A stretch of 64,000 bases of DNA from Candidatus Doudnabacteria bacterium RIFCSPHIGHO2_01_FULL_46_14 (GCA_001779925.1 MFEK01000014.1:152168-216167); one strand, 5' to 3'. Positions 35,966 to 46,591 are shown, numbered from the stretch's first letter. Notes: generated from the letters alone by a model not told the origin. Program-made: numbers and translations.

Positions 35966-36620
35966 GGTTTATAGTCAATCAGGTGAAGATAAAGGCACGG
36001 TCGAGCTGAACTCGAAGATCTTTGGCTTGGAAAAAATTAAACCAGAGGTCGTGCATCAGACAGTAACGAGCTTACTGTCTTCGAGGCGTAATGTAGTAGC
36101 CAGCACTAAAACCAAAGGCGAGGTCAGAGGCGGCGGCAAAAAACCGCACCAGCAAAAAGGCACGGGACGGGCGCGCGCCGGTTCGATTCGTTCTCCATTG
36201 TGGCGCGGCGGCGGTATCACTTTCGGACCGCGGGCCAATCGTAATTTTGAGCGCAAGATTAATAAAAAAGAGAAGATTCTCACATTGTTTTCTGTTTTGA
36301 GCGATAAAGCCAAAAGCGGACAGCTCGTGGTTCTTGATGACCTCGCACTTTCAGCCCCGAAAACCAAGGAGCTGGCAGGTAAGCTCAAAGACTTGCAGGC
36401 CAAAATTCCGGCTCTCGGCCGTTCACTTACTATTGTTATTTCCGAGAAGCAAAAGGATTTGGTCAGAGCAGGAAAAAATCTGCCGAACATTAATATATTA
36501 TCGGCTTCGAGCCTGAATATTTTACAGCTTTTGTCAGCGCAGGGAGTTGTGGTCATGCAGGACGCGCTCGCTGGCATTGAAAAAACTTATTTAAGGAATA
36601 AGGCAGCTAAGGGTAATTAG
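35955..36620 (+). CDS. rplD: 50S ribosomal protein L4
   Basis: GGGKKP.QQKGTGRARAGSIRSP. Confidence 0.98.
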   Translation: MQAKVYSQSGEDKGTVELNSKIFGLEKIKPEVVHQTVTSLLSSRRNVVASTKTKGEVRGGGKKPHQQKGTGRARAGSIRSPLWRGGGITFGPRANRNFERKINKKEKILTLFSVLSDKAKSGQLVVLDDLALSAPKTKELAGKLKDLQAKIPALGRSLTIVISEKQKDLVRAGKNLPNINILSASSLNILQLLSAQGVVVMQDALAGIEKTYLRNKAAKGN

Positions 36621-36626
36621 GGAAAT

Positions 36627-37031
36627 ATGGGACTATTTGATAAATTCAAAAAGAAACCAGAGATCAAACCAGCGCAGACGGGCGGAGAAGGCGTGCCTTC
36701 GGCAGTGCCTGCTTCTTCAGAAAAAAAGGCTGATATCGTCTCACATGCCTCCGAAGTTTTAGTTAAACCGTTGTTGTCTGAGAAAGGCACGCACCTTGCA
36801 AGCACCGGACGTTACGTGTTTATGGTAAAAAAACAGGCCAACAAGCCGGAAATCAAGAAAAGCATTCAGCGAGTCTATAAGGTCCATGTGGAAGGCATAA
36901 GAATCGTGAACTTGCCGGCGAAAAAACGCCGCTATGGCCGAGCGAGCGGGCAAACTTCGGAACACAAGAAAGCCATCATCACCCTTAAGAAAGGGGAAAA
37001 GATCCCCGGCATCATTGAATCAGTAGGATGA
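36627..37031 (+). CDS. rplW: 50S ribosomal protein L23 with an N-terminal extension
   Basis: P.LSEK, Y.F.V...ANK.EIK and KKAIITL. Confidence 0.95.
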   Translation: MGLFDKFKKKPEIKPAQTGGEGVPSAVPASSEKKADIVSHASEVLVKPLLSEKGTHLASTGRYVFMVKKQANKPEIKKSIQRVYKVHVEGIRIVNLPAKKRRYGRASGQTSEHKKAIITLKKGEKIPGIIESVG

Positions 37032-37108
37032 ATTAGCGAGCAGCGATAAGCAATCAGCGAGTGGGGAAGCACAAATCGCTCATCGCCGGTCGCTCATCGC
37101 AAACAATT

Positions 37109-37945
37109 ATGGCAATTAAAATCTACAAACCAACAACGGCAGGCAGACGCAAACATTCGGTTACGGATTATTCCGTTCTGCGCTCCACATCCAAAGCCCC
37201 TCGAGGTTTGTTTGTGGCGAAAAAACGTAGCGGCGGCCGTAATTCCAGCGGTAAAATAACAGTCCGGCATATTGGCGGCGGATTCAAAAAAATGCTGCGT
37301 GTTATTGACAGCAAACGCGACAAACTCGATATACCGGCCAGAGTTGCCTCCCTGGAATATGATCCGGGAAGAAGCGCATTTCTTTCTTTGCTTGTTTACC
37401 GCGACGGGGAAAAGCGTTATATTATATCACCGGCAGGAGTGAAAATCGGCGATACAATCATGGCCTCAGAAAAGTCTGTGGAAATCAAACCAGGCAACCG
37501 TTCCCGATTAGGCAACATGCCTGGAGGCACATTTGTGCATGATATTGAGCTGACCGCAGGCCGCGGCGGGCAAATGGCCAGGGGGGCCGGGAACTACGCC
37601 ATCGTTACAGCGGTTGAGGGCGGTATGGTGATATTGAAACTTCCCTCCGGCGAGATTCGCCGCGTGTTTGCAAACAACATGGCCACTATCGGTCAAGCTT
37701 CCAACACTGACCACATGAATGTTCGCATTGGCAAAGCCGGCCGTTCGCGCCTTATGGGGATACGTCCAACGGTTCGCGGCAAGGCTATGAACCCGGTTGA
37801 TCACCCGCACGGTGGTGGCGAAGGCCGCAACCCGATCGGTATGAAATATCCGAAAACTCCATGGGGCAAACACGCGCTCGGGGTTCATACTCGCAAAAAG
37901 AAGAAATCTTCCAGTAAATTTATAGTTCAGCGCAGAAAGAAATAA
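37109..37945 (+). CDS. rplB: 50S ribosomal protein L2
   Basis: EYDP.R and VRG.AMNPVDHPHGGGEG; start at MAIK. Confidence 0.99.
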   Translation: MAIKIYKPTTAGRRKHSVTDYSVLRSTSKAPRGLFVAKKRSGGRNSSGKITVRHIGGGFKKMLRVIDSKRDKLDIPARVASLEYDPGRSAFLSLLVYRDGEKRYIISPAGVKIGDTIMASEKSVEIKPGNRSRLGNMPGGTFVHDIELTAGRGGQMARGAGNYAIVTAVEGGMVILKLPSGEIRRVFANNMATIGQASNTDHMNVRIGKAGRSRLMGIRPTVRGKAMNPVDHPHGGGEGRNPIGMKYPKTPWGKHALGVHTRKKKKSSSKFIVQRRKK

Positions 37946-37948
37946 TTA

Positions 37949-38045
37949 ACCCACCAAAATTTTTAAACTATGATTAAATTGATTAACATCCCAGTAAATA
38001 ACCCTAGAAATATGCTTTATTTTAGAATTAAAAATTTAGGCGGGT
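37949..38045 (+). mobile_element. MITE-like element before rpsS
   Basis: ACCCACCAAAATTT...AAATTTAGGCGGGT; interior similar to the 40964 copy. Confidence 0.8.
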
Positions 38046-38047
38046 AA

Positions 38048-38383
38048 ATGTCGAGATCACTGAAAAAAGGTCCATATGTTGACCCAAGGCTTCTCAAAAA
38101 GATGGCGAACCTCAAGCCGGGCGTGAAAACCGCGATTAAAACCTGGTCGCGCGACTCTACGATCACTCCGGAAATGGTGGGCTTTACCTTTGCGGTTCAC
38201 AATGGCAAGATTTTTATAGATGTGTTCGTTACAGAAGACATGGTGGGCTATAAACTCGGCAGTTTTGCGCTTACTCGTAAATTCACGAGACACGGCGGAA
38301 GAATGGCCCGCGAAGAAGCAGCTGCAGCCGCGGAAGCGGACAAAGCCAAACTGGCTGCAGTTCAGGCTGAGCCGAAAAAGTAA
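38048..38383 (+). CDS. rpsS: 30S ribosomal protein S19
   Basis: [14 protein letters not shown] and VHNGK. Confidence 0.98.
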   Translation: MSRSLKKGPYVDPRLLKKMANLKPGVKTAIKTWSRDSTITPEMVGFTFAVHNGKIFIDVFVTEDMVGYKLGSFALTRKFTRHGGRMAREEAAAAAEADKAKLAAVQAEPKK

Positions 38384-38416
38384 CTTATAACTGATAATTG
38401 ATAACTCATAACTAAC

Positions 38417-38977
38417 ATGGCGGAAGAAGTAAAGAAAACCACAGAAGTCAAAGCATTTGCACGCGGCATTCACATGTCCGCGCGCAAAGTCAGGCTCGTG
38501 GCAAATCTGCTTCGAAACATGCCGGTTGACGAAGCCCTCAATAATCTGACATTCATGACCAAAAAAGCCGCATTACCGATCAGAAAGCTTGTTGATTCCG
38601 GCGTGGCCAATGCCAAGCATAACTTTCAGGTTGAAATGGAAAGATTGTTTGTAAAAAGTTTGACCGTTGATTCCGGGCAGGTTATGAAACGGTTCCGGCC
38701 ACGAGCGCAAGGACGAGCTTTCCCGGTGCGTCGCCGCACCAGCCATATCAATTTGGTTTTAGGGGTCTTGGAAAAGGCGCGTGCACCCAAGCGCAAAGTC
38801 GTCGAAGCTCCGAAATCTGATAAGCCAAAGCCGGTAAAGACTCCCGCTGCTGAGGAGCCCAAGAGCAGGTTTGGCATTTTTAGGCCCAAGACCGAAGGAC
38901 ACACTGAACAGAAACCCGCCAAATTGGATCCAGAAGGCAAACATTATACTTCATTTGATAGAAGGGCGGGCGAGTAA
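38417..38977 (+). CDS. rplV: 50S ribosomal protein L22 with a C-terminal extension
   Basis: S.RKVRLVA, RPRAQGRA and TSHI. Confidence 0.97.
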   Translation: MAEEVKKTTEVKAFARGIHMSARKVRLVANLLRNMPVDEALNNLTFMTKKAALPIRKLVDSGVANAKHNFQVEMERLFVKSLTVDSGQVMKRFRPRAQGRAFPVRRRTSHINLVLGVLEKARAPKRKVVEAPKSDKPKPVKTPAAEEPKSRFGIFRPKTEGHTEQKPAKLDPEGKHYTSFDRRAGE

Positions 38978-38979
38978 AT

Positions 38980-39660
38980 ATGGGTCATAAAGTCAATCCG
39001 CAAAGTTTTAGAATGAAAATCACTGATACGTGGAAATCACGGTGGTTTGCTCGTGGTAAAAAATTCTCGACTGCTCTCCGGGAAGATAATTCGATTCGCG
39101 ACATGGTTGTAAAGAAAATGTCACGTGCGGGATTGGTACGAGTGGATATCGAACGGCTGAATCGCGAAATCAATGTGATCATTCATTCCACCAGACCGGG
39201 GATGATTATCGGCAAGGGCGGTGCTGGCATTGAGGATCTCAAAAAGCAGCTTAAAAAAATGTTGAAGCTTAAAACCGATCTGAAGGTCACTATTGAGGAA
39301 TCAAAGAATATTAATCTTGAATCACAGGTTTGGGCCAATACTCTTGCCGAGCAGATTGAAAAACGCATGTCTTTTCGGCGCATTGTAAAAAACGCTTTGG
39401 AACAAATTATGGATGCCGGCGCTCAGGGCGTAAAGATCGCGGTTTCCGGCAGGCTTGGCGGTGCTGAGATTGCCCGCACTGAATGGCTGTACCGCGGCAA
39501 ATTGCCACTACACACGTTGAGAGCTAATATTGATTTTGCCCGCGCCACAGCATTTACTACATACGGCACGGTCGGAATCAAAGTCTGGATTAATAAGGGG
39601 GAGGTTTTTTCCGCCCAAGGTGGATCGGCCTCTGGCCGGGAAAAGGCCGGGTTGAAATAA
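38980..39660 (+). CDS. rpsC: 30S ribosomal protein S3
   Basis: [19 protein letters not shown] and [10 protein letters not shown]. Confidence 0.98.
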   Translation: MGHKVNPQSFRMKITDTWKSRWFARGKKFSTALREDNSIRDMVVKKMSRAGLVRVDIERLNREINVIIHSTRPGMIIGKGGAGIEDLKKQLKKMLKLKTDLKVTIEESKNINLESQVWANTLAEQIEKRMSFRRIVKNALEQIMDAGAQGVKIAVSGRLGGAEIARTEWLYRGKLPLHTLRANIDFARATAFTTYGTVGIKVWINKGEVFSAQGGSASGREKAGLK

Positions 39661-39661
39661 T

Positions 39662-40075
39662 ATGCTTATTCCAAAAAAATTAAAACACCGCAAAGCGCAT
39701 CGCGGTCATACCAAGGGCAAAGCCACTGCAGGAAACTATCTCAGCTTTGGCCAGTATGGACTGCGAGCGCTTTCCAACGGCTGGGTAACGTCTCGGCAGA
39801 TCGAGGCGGCCCGCAGAGCCATGACCCGTTATGTTCAACGCGGGGGCAAGATTTGGATTCGGATTTTTCCCGATAAACCCATTACCATGAAAGGCAATGA
39901 AATTCCTATGGGCGGGGGTAAAGGCGCGGTGGATCATTTTGTGGCGATTGTAAAAAAAGGTAGAATGCTTTTTGAAATCGACGGGGTAACGCCGCCTCAG
40001 GCCCGTGAAGCCATGAGGCTAGCCAGCCACAAATTGCCGGTTGAAACACGTTTTGAAGAAAGGAAGTCCGTATGA
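39662..40075 (+). CDS. rplP: 50S ribosomal protein L16
   Basis: [17 protein letters not shown] and MG.GKG. Confidence 0.98.
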   Translation: MLIPKKLKHRKAHRGHTKGKATAGNYLSFGQYGLRALSNGWVTSRQIEAARRAMTRYVQRGGKIWIRIFPDKPITMKGNEIPMGGGKGAVDHFVAIVKKGRMLFEIDGVTPPQAREAMRLASHKLPVETRFEERKSV

Positions 40076-40269
40076 GCCAAGCGGCGGATATTAGAAAGAA
40101 ATCTGAAAGCGATCTGAAAAAAATGCTTGTCGAAATGCAGGCTAGCGTTCGCGATCTGCGTTTTCGCAACGCAGCTAAAGAGCTGAAGAATCATCAGCAA
40201 ATGCGTGGTGTACGCAAAGACATAGCGCGCATCCTCACGATTTTAAAAGAGAAAGGGGCAAAGTTATGA
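40072..40269 (+). CDS. rpmC: 50S ribosomal protein L29
   Basis: LRF...RKDIARILT and operon position. Confidence 0.95.
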   Translation: MSQAADIRKKSESDLKKMLVEMQASVRDLRFRNAAKELKNHQQMRGVRKDIARILTILKEKGAKL

Positions 40270-40502
40270 GCAGCCGCAAAATGACAGGCACGGTAGTCAG
40301 CGACAAAATGACCAAGACTGTAGTGGTCAAAGTCACAACCCACAAGCGCCACCCCAAATATTTCAAACAGTATTCTGTTTCTAAAAAATATAAAGCCCAT
40401 GATGAGAAAGCCGAGTATCACACAGGCGACATGGTAGAGATACAGGAAACCAAGCCTATGTCCAAGGAAAAAAAATGGGTTGTTACGAGAAAGATTAAAT
40501 AA
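40266..40502 (+). CDS. rpsQ: 30S ribosomal protein S17
   Basis: G.VVSDKM.KT, HPKY, KAHDE and ET.P.SK.K. Confidence 0.97.
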   Translation: MSSRKMTGTVVSDKMTKTVVVKVTTHKRHPKYFKQYSVSKKYKAHDEKAEYHTGDMVEIQETKPMSKEKKWVVTRKIK

Positions 40503-40505
40503 TCC

Positions 40506-40586
40506 ACCCACCAAAATTTCTCCGGTGGGAGAGCAAATACTATGAATTACGTTCAAACAATAATTAATCAAGAAATTTAGGCGGGT
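40506..40586 (+). mobile_element. MITE-like element before rplN
   Basis: Same TIRs, different interior. Confidence 0.8.
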
Positions 40587-40588
40587 AA

Positions 40589-40960
40589 ATGCTTCATTTA
40601 CGTAGTAGGTTAAAAGTCGCGGATAATACAGGCGCAAGAGAGATAGCTTTGTTCAGCATGTCCGGAAAGAACGGCCAGCGCCATGTGCGGCTTGGCGATG
40701 TAGTTGTGGCTTCGGTAAAGATCGCTGCGCCAACCGGCAGTGTAAAAAAAGGTGAAAAAGTCTACGCAGTGATTGTCCGTACCCGCAAAGAGGTGCGAAG
40801 GTCTGACGGTTCTTACATTCGATTTGATGAAAATGCGGCCGTGCTCATTAATAAGGAATCCAAAGAACCGAAAGGTACTCGCATTTTTGGACCGATCCCC
40901 AGGGAGCTACGAGACCTTGGGTTTACCAAGATCGTTAGCCTTGCCCCAGAGGTAATTTAA
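40589..40960 (+). CDS. rplN: 50S ribosomal protein L14
   Basis: VADNTGA, FDENAAV and GTRIFGP. Confidence 0.98.
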   Translation: MLHLRSRLKVADNTGAREIALFSMSGKNGQRHVRLGDVVVASVKIAAPTGSVKKGEKVYAVIVRTRKEVRRSDGSYIRFDENAAVLINKESKEPKGTRIFGPIPRELRDLGFTKIVSLAPEVI

Positions 40961-40963
40961 TTC

Positions 40964-41060
40964 ACCCACCAAAATTTCCCAATTATGATTATACTGATTA
41001 ACATCCAAGTAAATAACCCAAGAAATATGCCTTATATTAGAAGTAAAAATTTAGGCGGGT
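40964..41060 (+). mobile_element. MITE-like element before rplX
   Basis: Same TIRs; interior closely similar to the 37949 copy. Confidence 0.8.
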
Positions 41061-41062
41061 AA

Positions 41063-41377
41063 ATGACCCACATCAAAAAAGGCGACATGGTAAAAATATT
41101 GTCAGGAAAGGACCGTACAAAAACCGGGAAGGTTTTGTCTGTGGACGGCCAGCAAGGCAAAGCAATCGTGGAAGGACGAAATATCATGACCCGCCATGAA
41201 CGACCAAAAAAATCCGGACAAAAAGGCCAAAAGGTTCAGTTCCCGGGAGCGATTAATATTTCTAACCTAACTATTATTTGCCCAAACTGCGGTAAACCGA
41301 CAAGAGCTGGAAGTAAAATTGATGATAAGAGTGTTAAGGTTCGTATTTGTAAAAAGTGCGGGAAGGGGATCAAATGA
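41063..41377 (+). CDS. rplX: 50S ribosomal protein L24
   Basis: IKKGD.V....GKD KOW motif; ISN. Confidence 0.97.
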   Translation: MTHIKKGDMVKILSGKDRTKTGKVLSVDGQQGKAIVEGRNIMTRHERPKKSGQKGQKVQFPGAINISNLTIICPNCGKPTRAGSKIDDKSVKVRICKKCGKGIK

Positions 41378-41928
41378 GCAGATTAATCCAGCAATATAAA
41401 GAAAAAATTCTGCCTGAGCTCAAAGAAGAGCTAAAGGTTAGCAATATACATGCTGTACCGCGCATTGAAAAGATTGTTATTAACGCAGGTATTGGTAAGG
41501 TCCTCCAGCAGAATCCTAAAGCGCTCGATACACTGACAGAGACTTTTCGTAAGATTACCGGACAGCAGCCGGTGGTGACCCGTGCTTCCAAAGCAATCGC
41601 GGGGTTTAAAATCAGGCAAGGGCAGACGGTTGGCCTGACTGTTACGCTACGCAGCAAGCGAATGTATGACTTTTTGGATAAATTTATTAACGTAGTAATG
41701 CCTCGTACGCGAGATTTTCGGGGATTGTCACCTAAAGGTTTTGACGGGCGAGGCAATTATAACTGCGGAATAAAAGAAGTGCTGGTATTCCCGGAAGCTG
41801 GAGAAACAGCAGAAGCGAGTTTTGGTCTCGAGATAACGATCGTCACGACCGCCAAGAGTAACGCCCAAGGTTTTGCCCTTCTTAAAAAATTTGGCTTTCC
41901 ATTTAACGATTCAGTAACTCAAAAATAG
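41374..41928 (+). CDS. rplE: 50S ribosomal protein L5
   Basis: ITGQ.P, PR.RDFRG and FDGRGNY. Confidence 0.98.
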   Translation: MSRLIQQYKEKILPELKEELKVSNIHAVPRIEKIVINAGIGKVLQQNPKALDTLTETFRKITGQQPVVTRASKAIAGFKIRQGQTVGLTVTLRSKRMYDFLDKFINVVMPRTRDFRGLSPKGFDGRGNYNCGIKEVLVFPEAGETAEASFGLEITIVTTAKSNAQGFALLKKFGFPFNDSVTQK

Positions 41929-41929
41929 T

Positions 41930-42115
41930 ATGGCTACTAAATCACAGATCGCAAAATCGAAAAGAAAGCCAAAGTTCTCCACTAGGCTAGTCAGGCGTTG
42001 CAACCGCTGCGGCCGGCACCGCGGTTATATGCGTGATTTTGACATTTGCAGAATTTGTTTTCGCGAATTGGCAAGCAAAGGGGAAATTCCCGGTATTATT
42101 AAATCAAGCTGGTAA
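41930..42115 (+). CDS. rpsN: 30S ribosomal protein S14 (Zn type)
   Basis: RC..CGR...CRICFRE.A..G.IPG..KSSW. Confidence 0.98.
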   Translation: MATKSQIAKSKRKPKFSTRLVRRCNRCGRHRGYMRDFDICRICFRELASKGEIPGIIKSSW

Positions 42116-42120
42116 AAAAT

Positions 42121-42510
42121 ATGGATCCAATATCAGATATGCTAACAAGAATACGAAATGCCCTTGCTGTGAAAAAAACAGAGGTGGTGCTTCCGTATTC
42201 GAAGCTGAAATTCAATCTGGCCCAGGTTTTACAGAGAAGCGGATGGATTGGAAAGGTTGCCGATGACCAGGAAGGCAAGATGAAAGTATTGCGCATCGGG
42301 CTGCGCTATGACGAAACAGGTATGCCGACAATCTCCGGAATCACAAGGCTTTCCAAGCCTGGCCAGCGGATTTATTCTAAGGTGACAAAAATCCCGCGCG
42401 TGACCTTGGGAAGTGGTGCGACCATTGTTTCGACCTCAAAGGGACTGATGACCTCTGACCAGGCGCGTAAAGAAAAACTCGGCGGCGAATTAATCTGCCA
42501 GATATGGTAA
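42121..42510 (+). CDS. rpsH: 30S ribosomal protein S8
   Basis: DPISDMLTRIRNA, SKPG.RIY and STSKG. Confidence 0.98.
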   Translation: MDPISDMLTRIRNALAVKKTEVVLPYSKLKFNLAQVLQRSGWIGKVADDQEGKMKVLRIGLRYDETGMPTISGITRLSKPGQRIYSKVTKIPRVTLGSGATIVSTSKGLMTSDQARKEKLGGELICQIW

Positions 42511-42576
42511 GATAGTAGTTCGTAGCCAGTAGACAGTAAAAATTGTTAACTAGCTACATCTCCACCACCTACAAAT

Positions 42577-43125
42577 ATGTCCAAAATTGGCAAAAAAATA
42601 ATAGTTATTCCAGACAGCGTGCAGACCACTGTGAGCGATCAAATCGTGTCTTTCAAGGGTCCAAAAGGAGAGCTTAGCGTCGTGGTGCATCCCAAAGTAA
42701 AGGCCGTACTCGCAGATTCACAGCTTCAGGTCAGCGTTAAAAACCCCGATGACCGTCGTCAAAAAGCTTTGTGGGGTACGTTTCGTTCTCTTCTCAACAA
42801 CGCGCTCGTTGGGGTGACCGCCGGTTTTGGGAAAAAGCTGGAAATTGTCGGCGTGGGGTACAAGGCGCAGGCTACTGCTGACAAACTCACATTGAACCTT
42901 GGATATTCCCATCCGATAGAGCTTTCAGTGCCGAAAGGACTGGAGGTTAAGGTTGAAAAAAATACAATCACTGTGGGGGGCATTGATAAGCAACTGGTCG
43001 GTGAGTTTTCGGCACTCATCCGCAGCAAGCGTAAACCAGAACCGTATAAGGGCAAGGGGATTAAATATTCCGACGAAGTGATCCGCCGCAAGGCAGGAAA
43101 AGTTGTTAAAGCAGTCGGAGGATAG
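42577..43125 (+). CDS. rplF: 50S ribosomal protein L6
   Basis: GPKGEL, GVGY and PEPYKGKGI. Confidence 0.98.
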   Translation: MSKIGKKIIVIPDSVQTTVSDQIVSFKGPKGELSVVVHPKVKAVLADSQLQVSVKNPDDRRQKALWGTFRSLLNNALVGVTAGFGKKLEIVGVGYKAQATADKLTLNLGYSHPIELSVPKGLEVKVEKNTITVGGIDKQLVGEFSALIRSKRKPEPYKGKGIKYSDEVIRRKAGKVVKAVGG

Positions 43126-43199
43126 AGAGCGAATAGCGATAAGCTATCAGCGATCAGAAAAACAGTCGCTCATCGCTCGTCGCCGATTGCAAAGATATT

Positions 43200-43514
43200 A
43201 TGAATAATAAACGCAACAAGAGAATAACAAGACACAGAAGGATCCGAGCAAAGGTTCACGGTACTGCTTCTCGTCCGCGCTTGGCGGTTTTTCGAAGCAA
43301 TAAGCATTTGCATCTTCAGCTTATCGATGACGCGGCCAGTAAAACGCTTGCCTCAGCCTCCACGCTCAAGAGCAAGGATGTCGCCAAAGCTCTTTCCGAT
43401 AAGGCCGACTCCTTGGGAATAAAAGAGATAGTATTTGATAGAGGCGGCTATCAATATCATGGGCGGATTACAAAAATTGCAGAAGCGCTTCGCGGTTCAG
43501 GATTAAAATTTTAA
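43200..43514 (+). CDS. rplR: 50S ribosomal protein L18
   Basis: [10 protein letters not shown] and FDRGGY.YHGR. Confidence 0.97.
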   Translation: MNNKRNKRITRHRRIRAKVHGTASRPRLAVFRSNKHLHLQLIDDAASKTLASASTLKSKDVAKALSDKADSLGIKEIVFDRGGYQYHGRITKIAEALRGSGLKF

Positions 43515-43516
43515 AC

Positions 43517-44029
43517 ATGAGACCAAGAGATCAAAAACGAGACGGCAGAGAATTTGTCAAGAGGGAATTCGAAACCAAGGTAGTAGAGATTAAACGTGTT
43601 ACTCGCGTAGTTGCCGGTGGCAAGCGCATGCGTTTTCGCGCGTTGGTTGTAATCGGAGACCGCAATGGCCGAGTTGGCATTGGCCTGAAAAAAGGCACGG
43701 ATGTTGCGGAGGCGGTCGCCAAAGCTACCTCGCAAGCCAAAAAAACCATGGTGCGGGTGCTAATCAAAGAAGGCACGATCCCGCATGCGGTGAAGCTCAA
43801 ATATAAAGCCGCAGTAGTGTTCCTAAAACCTGCAAGGACCGGATCAGGTATTACTGCCGGCGGCCCGGTTCGTGCTGTTGTGAATCTCGCGGGAATCAAG
43901 AATATCTCGAGTAAGATGTTAGGTGCATCTAACAAGGTTAGCAACGTGAGAGCTACATTCGAGGCATTAAAGACATTTAAGAATAAGGAATCTGAAATTA
44001 CGAATCAAGGGCAAAGCCTTAATTCTTAA
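43517..44029 (+). CDS. rpsE: 30S ribosomal protein S5
   Basis: RVTRVV.GG..MRF.ALVV.GD and AGG.VR. Confidence 0.98.
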   Translation: MRPRDQKRDGREFVKREFETKVVEIKRVTRVVAGGKRMRFRALVVIGDRNGRVGIGLKKGTDVAEAVAKATSQAKKTMVRVLIKEGTIPHAVKLKYKAAVVFLKPARTGSGITAGGPVRAVVNLAGIKNISSKMLGASNKVSNVRATFEALKTFKNKESEITNQGQSLNS

Positions 44030-44053
44030 TTCTTACCTCATAATTTTAAAGCT

Positions 44054-44491
44054 ATGTTCAATCTTTCAAACCTCAAGCCGAAAATAAAAAAACCTAAACA
44101 GGTGCGGCGCGGGCGGGGACTCGGCAGCGGACGCGGTGCATATTCTGGACGCGGTATCAAGGGGCAGAAGGCCCGCACAGGCGGCAATATCAAGCCTGGT
44201 TTTGAAGGCGGTCGTCAGCCAATGATCCGGCAGATGCCGAAAATCAAAGGCTTCCGCTCAATGCATAGTAAATCCCAGACTGTGGATTTGGCCTTGCTGG
44301 CTAAAGCGTTTGCGGACGGAGCGCTCGTTTCCCCTAAAACTCTTGAAAGCAAAGGACTCATCCGATCTGCTGGAAAACCAATCAAAATATTGGGCAAGAC
44401 GGAATTAACGCGGCGTTTTCAGTTCGAAGGCGTACGCTTTTCTGAATCTGCAAAAGCCGCGATAACTAAGGCTGGCGGAACAATCAAATAG
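44054..44491 (+). CDS. rplO: 50S ribosomal protein L15
   Basis: GRG.GSG.G..SGRG.KGQKAR and FEGG. Confidence 0.98.
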   Translation: MFNLSNLKPKIKKPKQVRRGRGLGSGRGAYSGRGIKGQKARTGGNIKPGFEGGRQPMIRQMPKIKGFRSMHSKSQTVDLALLAKAFADGALVSPKTLESKGLIRSAGKPIKILGKTELTRRFQFEGVRFSESAKAAITKAGGTIK

Positions 44492-44501
44492 TAGAATACT
44501 A

Positions 44502-45785
44502 ATGATCAAAAAGTTTTTTCAAATCTGGCGACTGGCTGACCTGAGGAAAAAGATCCTTATGGTTCTATTTTTACTCGCCGCGACCAGGGTGCTAGCCGCG
44601 ATCCCGATTCCCGGGGTCAACGCGGGCGCTCTTCAGCAGTTTTTTGCGCAAAACCAGCTTTTTGGGCTTTTGGATATTTTTTCCGGCGGCGGTCTTTCCA
44701 ATTTTTCCATTGCCATGCTTGGCGTGGGGCCCTACATTACCGCCTCGATCATAATGCAGCTTTTGGCCATCATTGTGCCGTCACTGGCAGAACTGCAAAA
44801 GGAAGGAGAACAGGGCCGCGCCAAGGTTAACCAGTACACGCGTTATCTTGCAGTGCCTTTGGCTATTCTCCAGGGCTTCGGCACGATTTCGCTCATTGCT
44901 AGAGGCGCGGGCGGTGGGCCGAGAGTTCTGGGCCTTTTAACGCCGATTGACTGGGCAGTGATTCTTGTCTCCATTACTGCCGGTACCATGATCCTGATGT
45001 GGATCGGCGAGCTTATTACCGAATATGGCATTGGCAACGGACTGTCACTGATAATTTTCGCAGGTATAGTTGCACAAGTTCCGACATTTATTTCTCAGAC
45101 TGCTTTGACCTTCAACCCTTCTCTACTCCCTACAATAATCGGTTTTGTGTTGATTAGCGCGGTCGTGATTCTGGCTGTGGTGGTGATGACAGAAGCCACG
45201 CGCAATATTCCGATTTCGTACGCCAAACGCGTGCGCGGCAACAAGCTTTATGGGGGCGTTGATACGCATCTGCCGATCCGACTCAATACTGCGGGCGTTA
45301 TCCCTATAATTTTTGCGATTTCTGTTTTGCTGTTTCCGGGAGTGATCGCCAATTTTTTGGTTAACGCCAAGACTCCGGCGATCGCGGATTTTGCCCAGAA
45401 AATTACCGCGCTTTTTCAAAACCAGACTTTTTACGGCATCGCATATTTTGTATTGGTCATTGCTTTTACCTATTTTTATACTGCGGTTATTTTTAACCCT
45501 CAGGATATTTCAGAAAATATTCAAAAACAGGGCGGGTTTATCCCGGGATTGCGTCCCGGACAGCAGACTGCCGCGTTTTTGTACCGGGTTTTGAATCGCA
45601 TTACTCTGGCGGGAGCAATTTTTTTGGGACTTATAGCTGTCCTGCCGTTTCTGATGCAGGTTGTGACCAAGAGCCAAGCCCTGACCCTGGGCGGAACTTC
45701 CTTGCTCATCGTGGTCGCGGTTGTAATCGAAACTGTCAAACAAATCGAATCCCAGCTCGTCATGCGCGATTACGAGGGGTTCTAG
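44502..45785 (+). CDS. secY: Preprotein translocase SecY
   Basis: LG..PYITASII, GIGNG.SL, AGVIPIIFA, IPG.RPG and GGTSLLI. Confidence 0.99.
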   Translation: MIKKFFQIWRLADLRKKILMVLFLLAATRVLAAIPIPGVNAGALQQFFAQNQLFGLLDIFSGGGLSNFSIAMLGVGPYITASIIMQLLAIIVPSLAELQKEGEQGRAKVNQYTRYLAVPLAILQGFGTISLIARGAGGGPRVLGLLTPIDWAVILVSITAGTMILMWIGELITEYGIGNGLSLIIFAGIVAQVPTFISQTALTFNPSLLPTIIGFVLISAVVILAVVVMTEATRNIPISYAKRVRGNKLYGGVDTHLPIRLNTAGVIPIIFAISVLLFPGVIANFLVNAKTPAIADFAQKITALFQNQTFYGIAYFVLVIAFTYFYTAVIFNPQDISENIQKQGGFIPGLRPGQQTAAFLYRVLNRITLAGAIFLGLIAVLPFLMQVVTKSQALTLGGTSLLIVVAVVIETVKQIESQLVMRDYEGF

Positions 45786-45811
45786 GCCAAGCGCCAACAA
45801 ATAACCGATAA

Positions 45812-45840
45812 CAAACCCGCCAACCATGTTTGGCGGGTTA
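45812..45840. terminator. Hairpin terminator after secY
   Basis: aacccgccaa...ttggcgggtt. Confidence 0.7.
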
Positions 45841-46021
45841 AATTAGTATAAGAAGTTAGTCGCAAGGCCAATGAGGTTGCTTTCAGCTAGCCCCCGGGAA
45901 GCTTTTCATTTTCAATAGTCATCAGACGGCGCGAATGACACATTCTACGCCAATTTGAATTTGACCGTCAACATCTTAACCACGGTTGAGGTGTTTGTTT
46001 TTTCACGGTATAATTGTACGC

Positions 46022-46591
46022 ATGGACAAGCCTTTAAATTTAATAATTCTCGGACCGCAAGGATCAGGCAAGGGAACGCAGGCGCAGATGCTGGCCAAGC
46101 GATTCAATTTGGCATTTCTGGGTTCTGGTGATTTACTGCGCGAGATTGCCAAAACCGACACACTGCTAGGGCGAGAAGTGCACCAAACGATTAATGTCGA
46201 AGGGCGCCACATGCGATCCGAGGTTATCTCCCAGGTGATAAAGGAAAAATTGCATGCACTGCCCAGAGATCAAGGCGTGATCCTCGAAAGCTACCCGCGC
46301 AACCTTGAGCAGTACGAAGAATTTAAAAAATTCTGGCCGGAAACCGAACGGGGCGATTATCTTATTCTCTATATTCATCTCTCGGAAGAGGAATCGATCA
46401 AAAGAATGATGCTCCGCAAGCGGCTTGACGATACAGATGACACTATCCATAAACGTTTGGAATTGTTTAATAGCCTGACAAAGCCTATGATTGAAGAAAT
46501 GGACAAGCAGAATCGAGTGATCCGCATAGACGGCGCGCCGTCAATCGAGCAGGTCAATGAGGAAATATTGTCGAAACTAAATGAAAAATAA
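46022..46591 (+). CDS. adk: Adenylate kinase (short, LID-less)
   Basis: GPQGSGKGTQA, SGDLLR, YPR and R.DD. Confidence 0.9.
   Translation: MDKPLNLIILGPQGSGKGTQAQMLAKRFNLAFLGSGDLLREIAKTDTLLGREVHQTINVEGRHMRSEVISQVIKEKLHALPRDQGVILESYPRNLEQYEEFKKFWPETERGDYLILYIHLSEEESIKRMMLRKRLDDTDDTIHKRLELFNSLTKPMIEEMDKQNRVIRIDGAPSIEQVNEEILSKLNEK

Noticed and set aside
33689-45827. Many antisense ORFs over tuf and ribosomal genes
   Set aside because: Shadow ORFs of conserved genes.
45900-45930. Hammerhead ribozyme (CTGATGA...GAAA, minus strand)
   Set aside because: Stem II and the flanking stems do not form convincingly.
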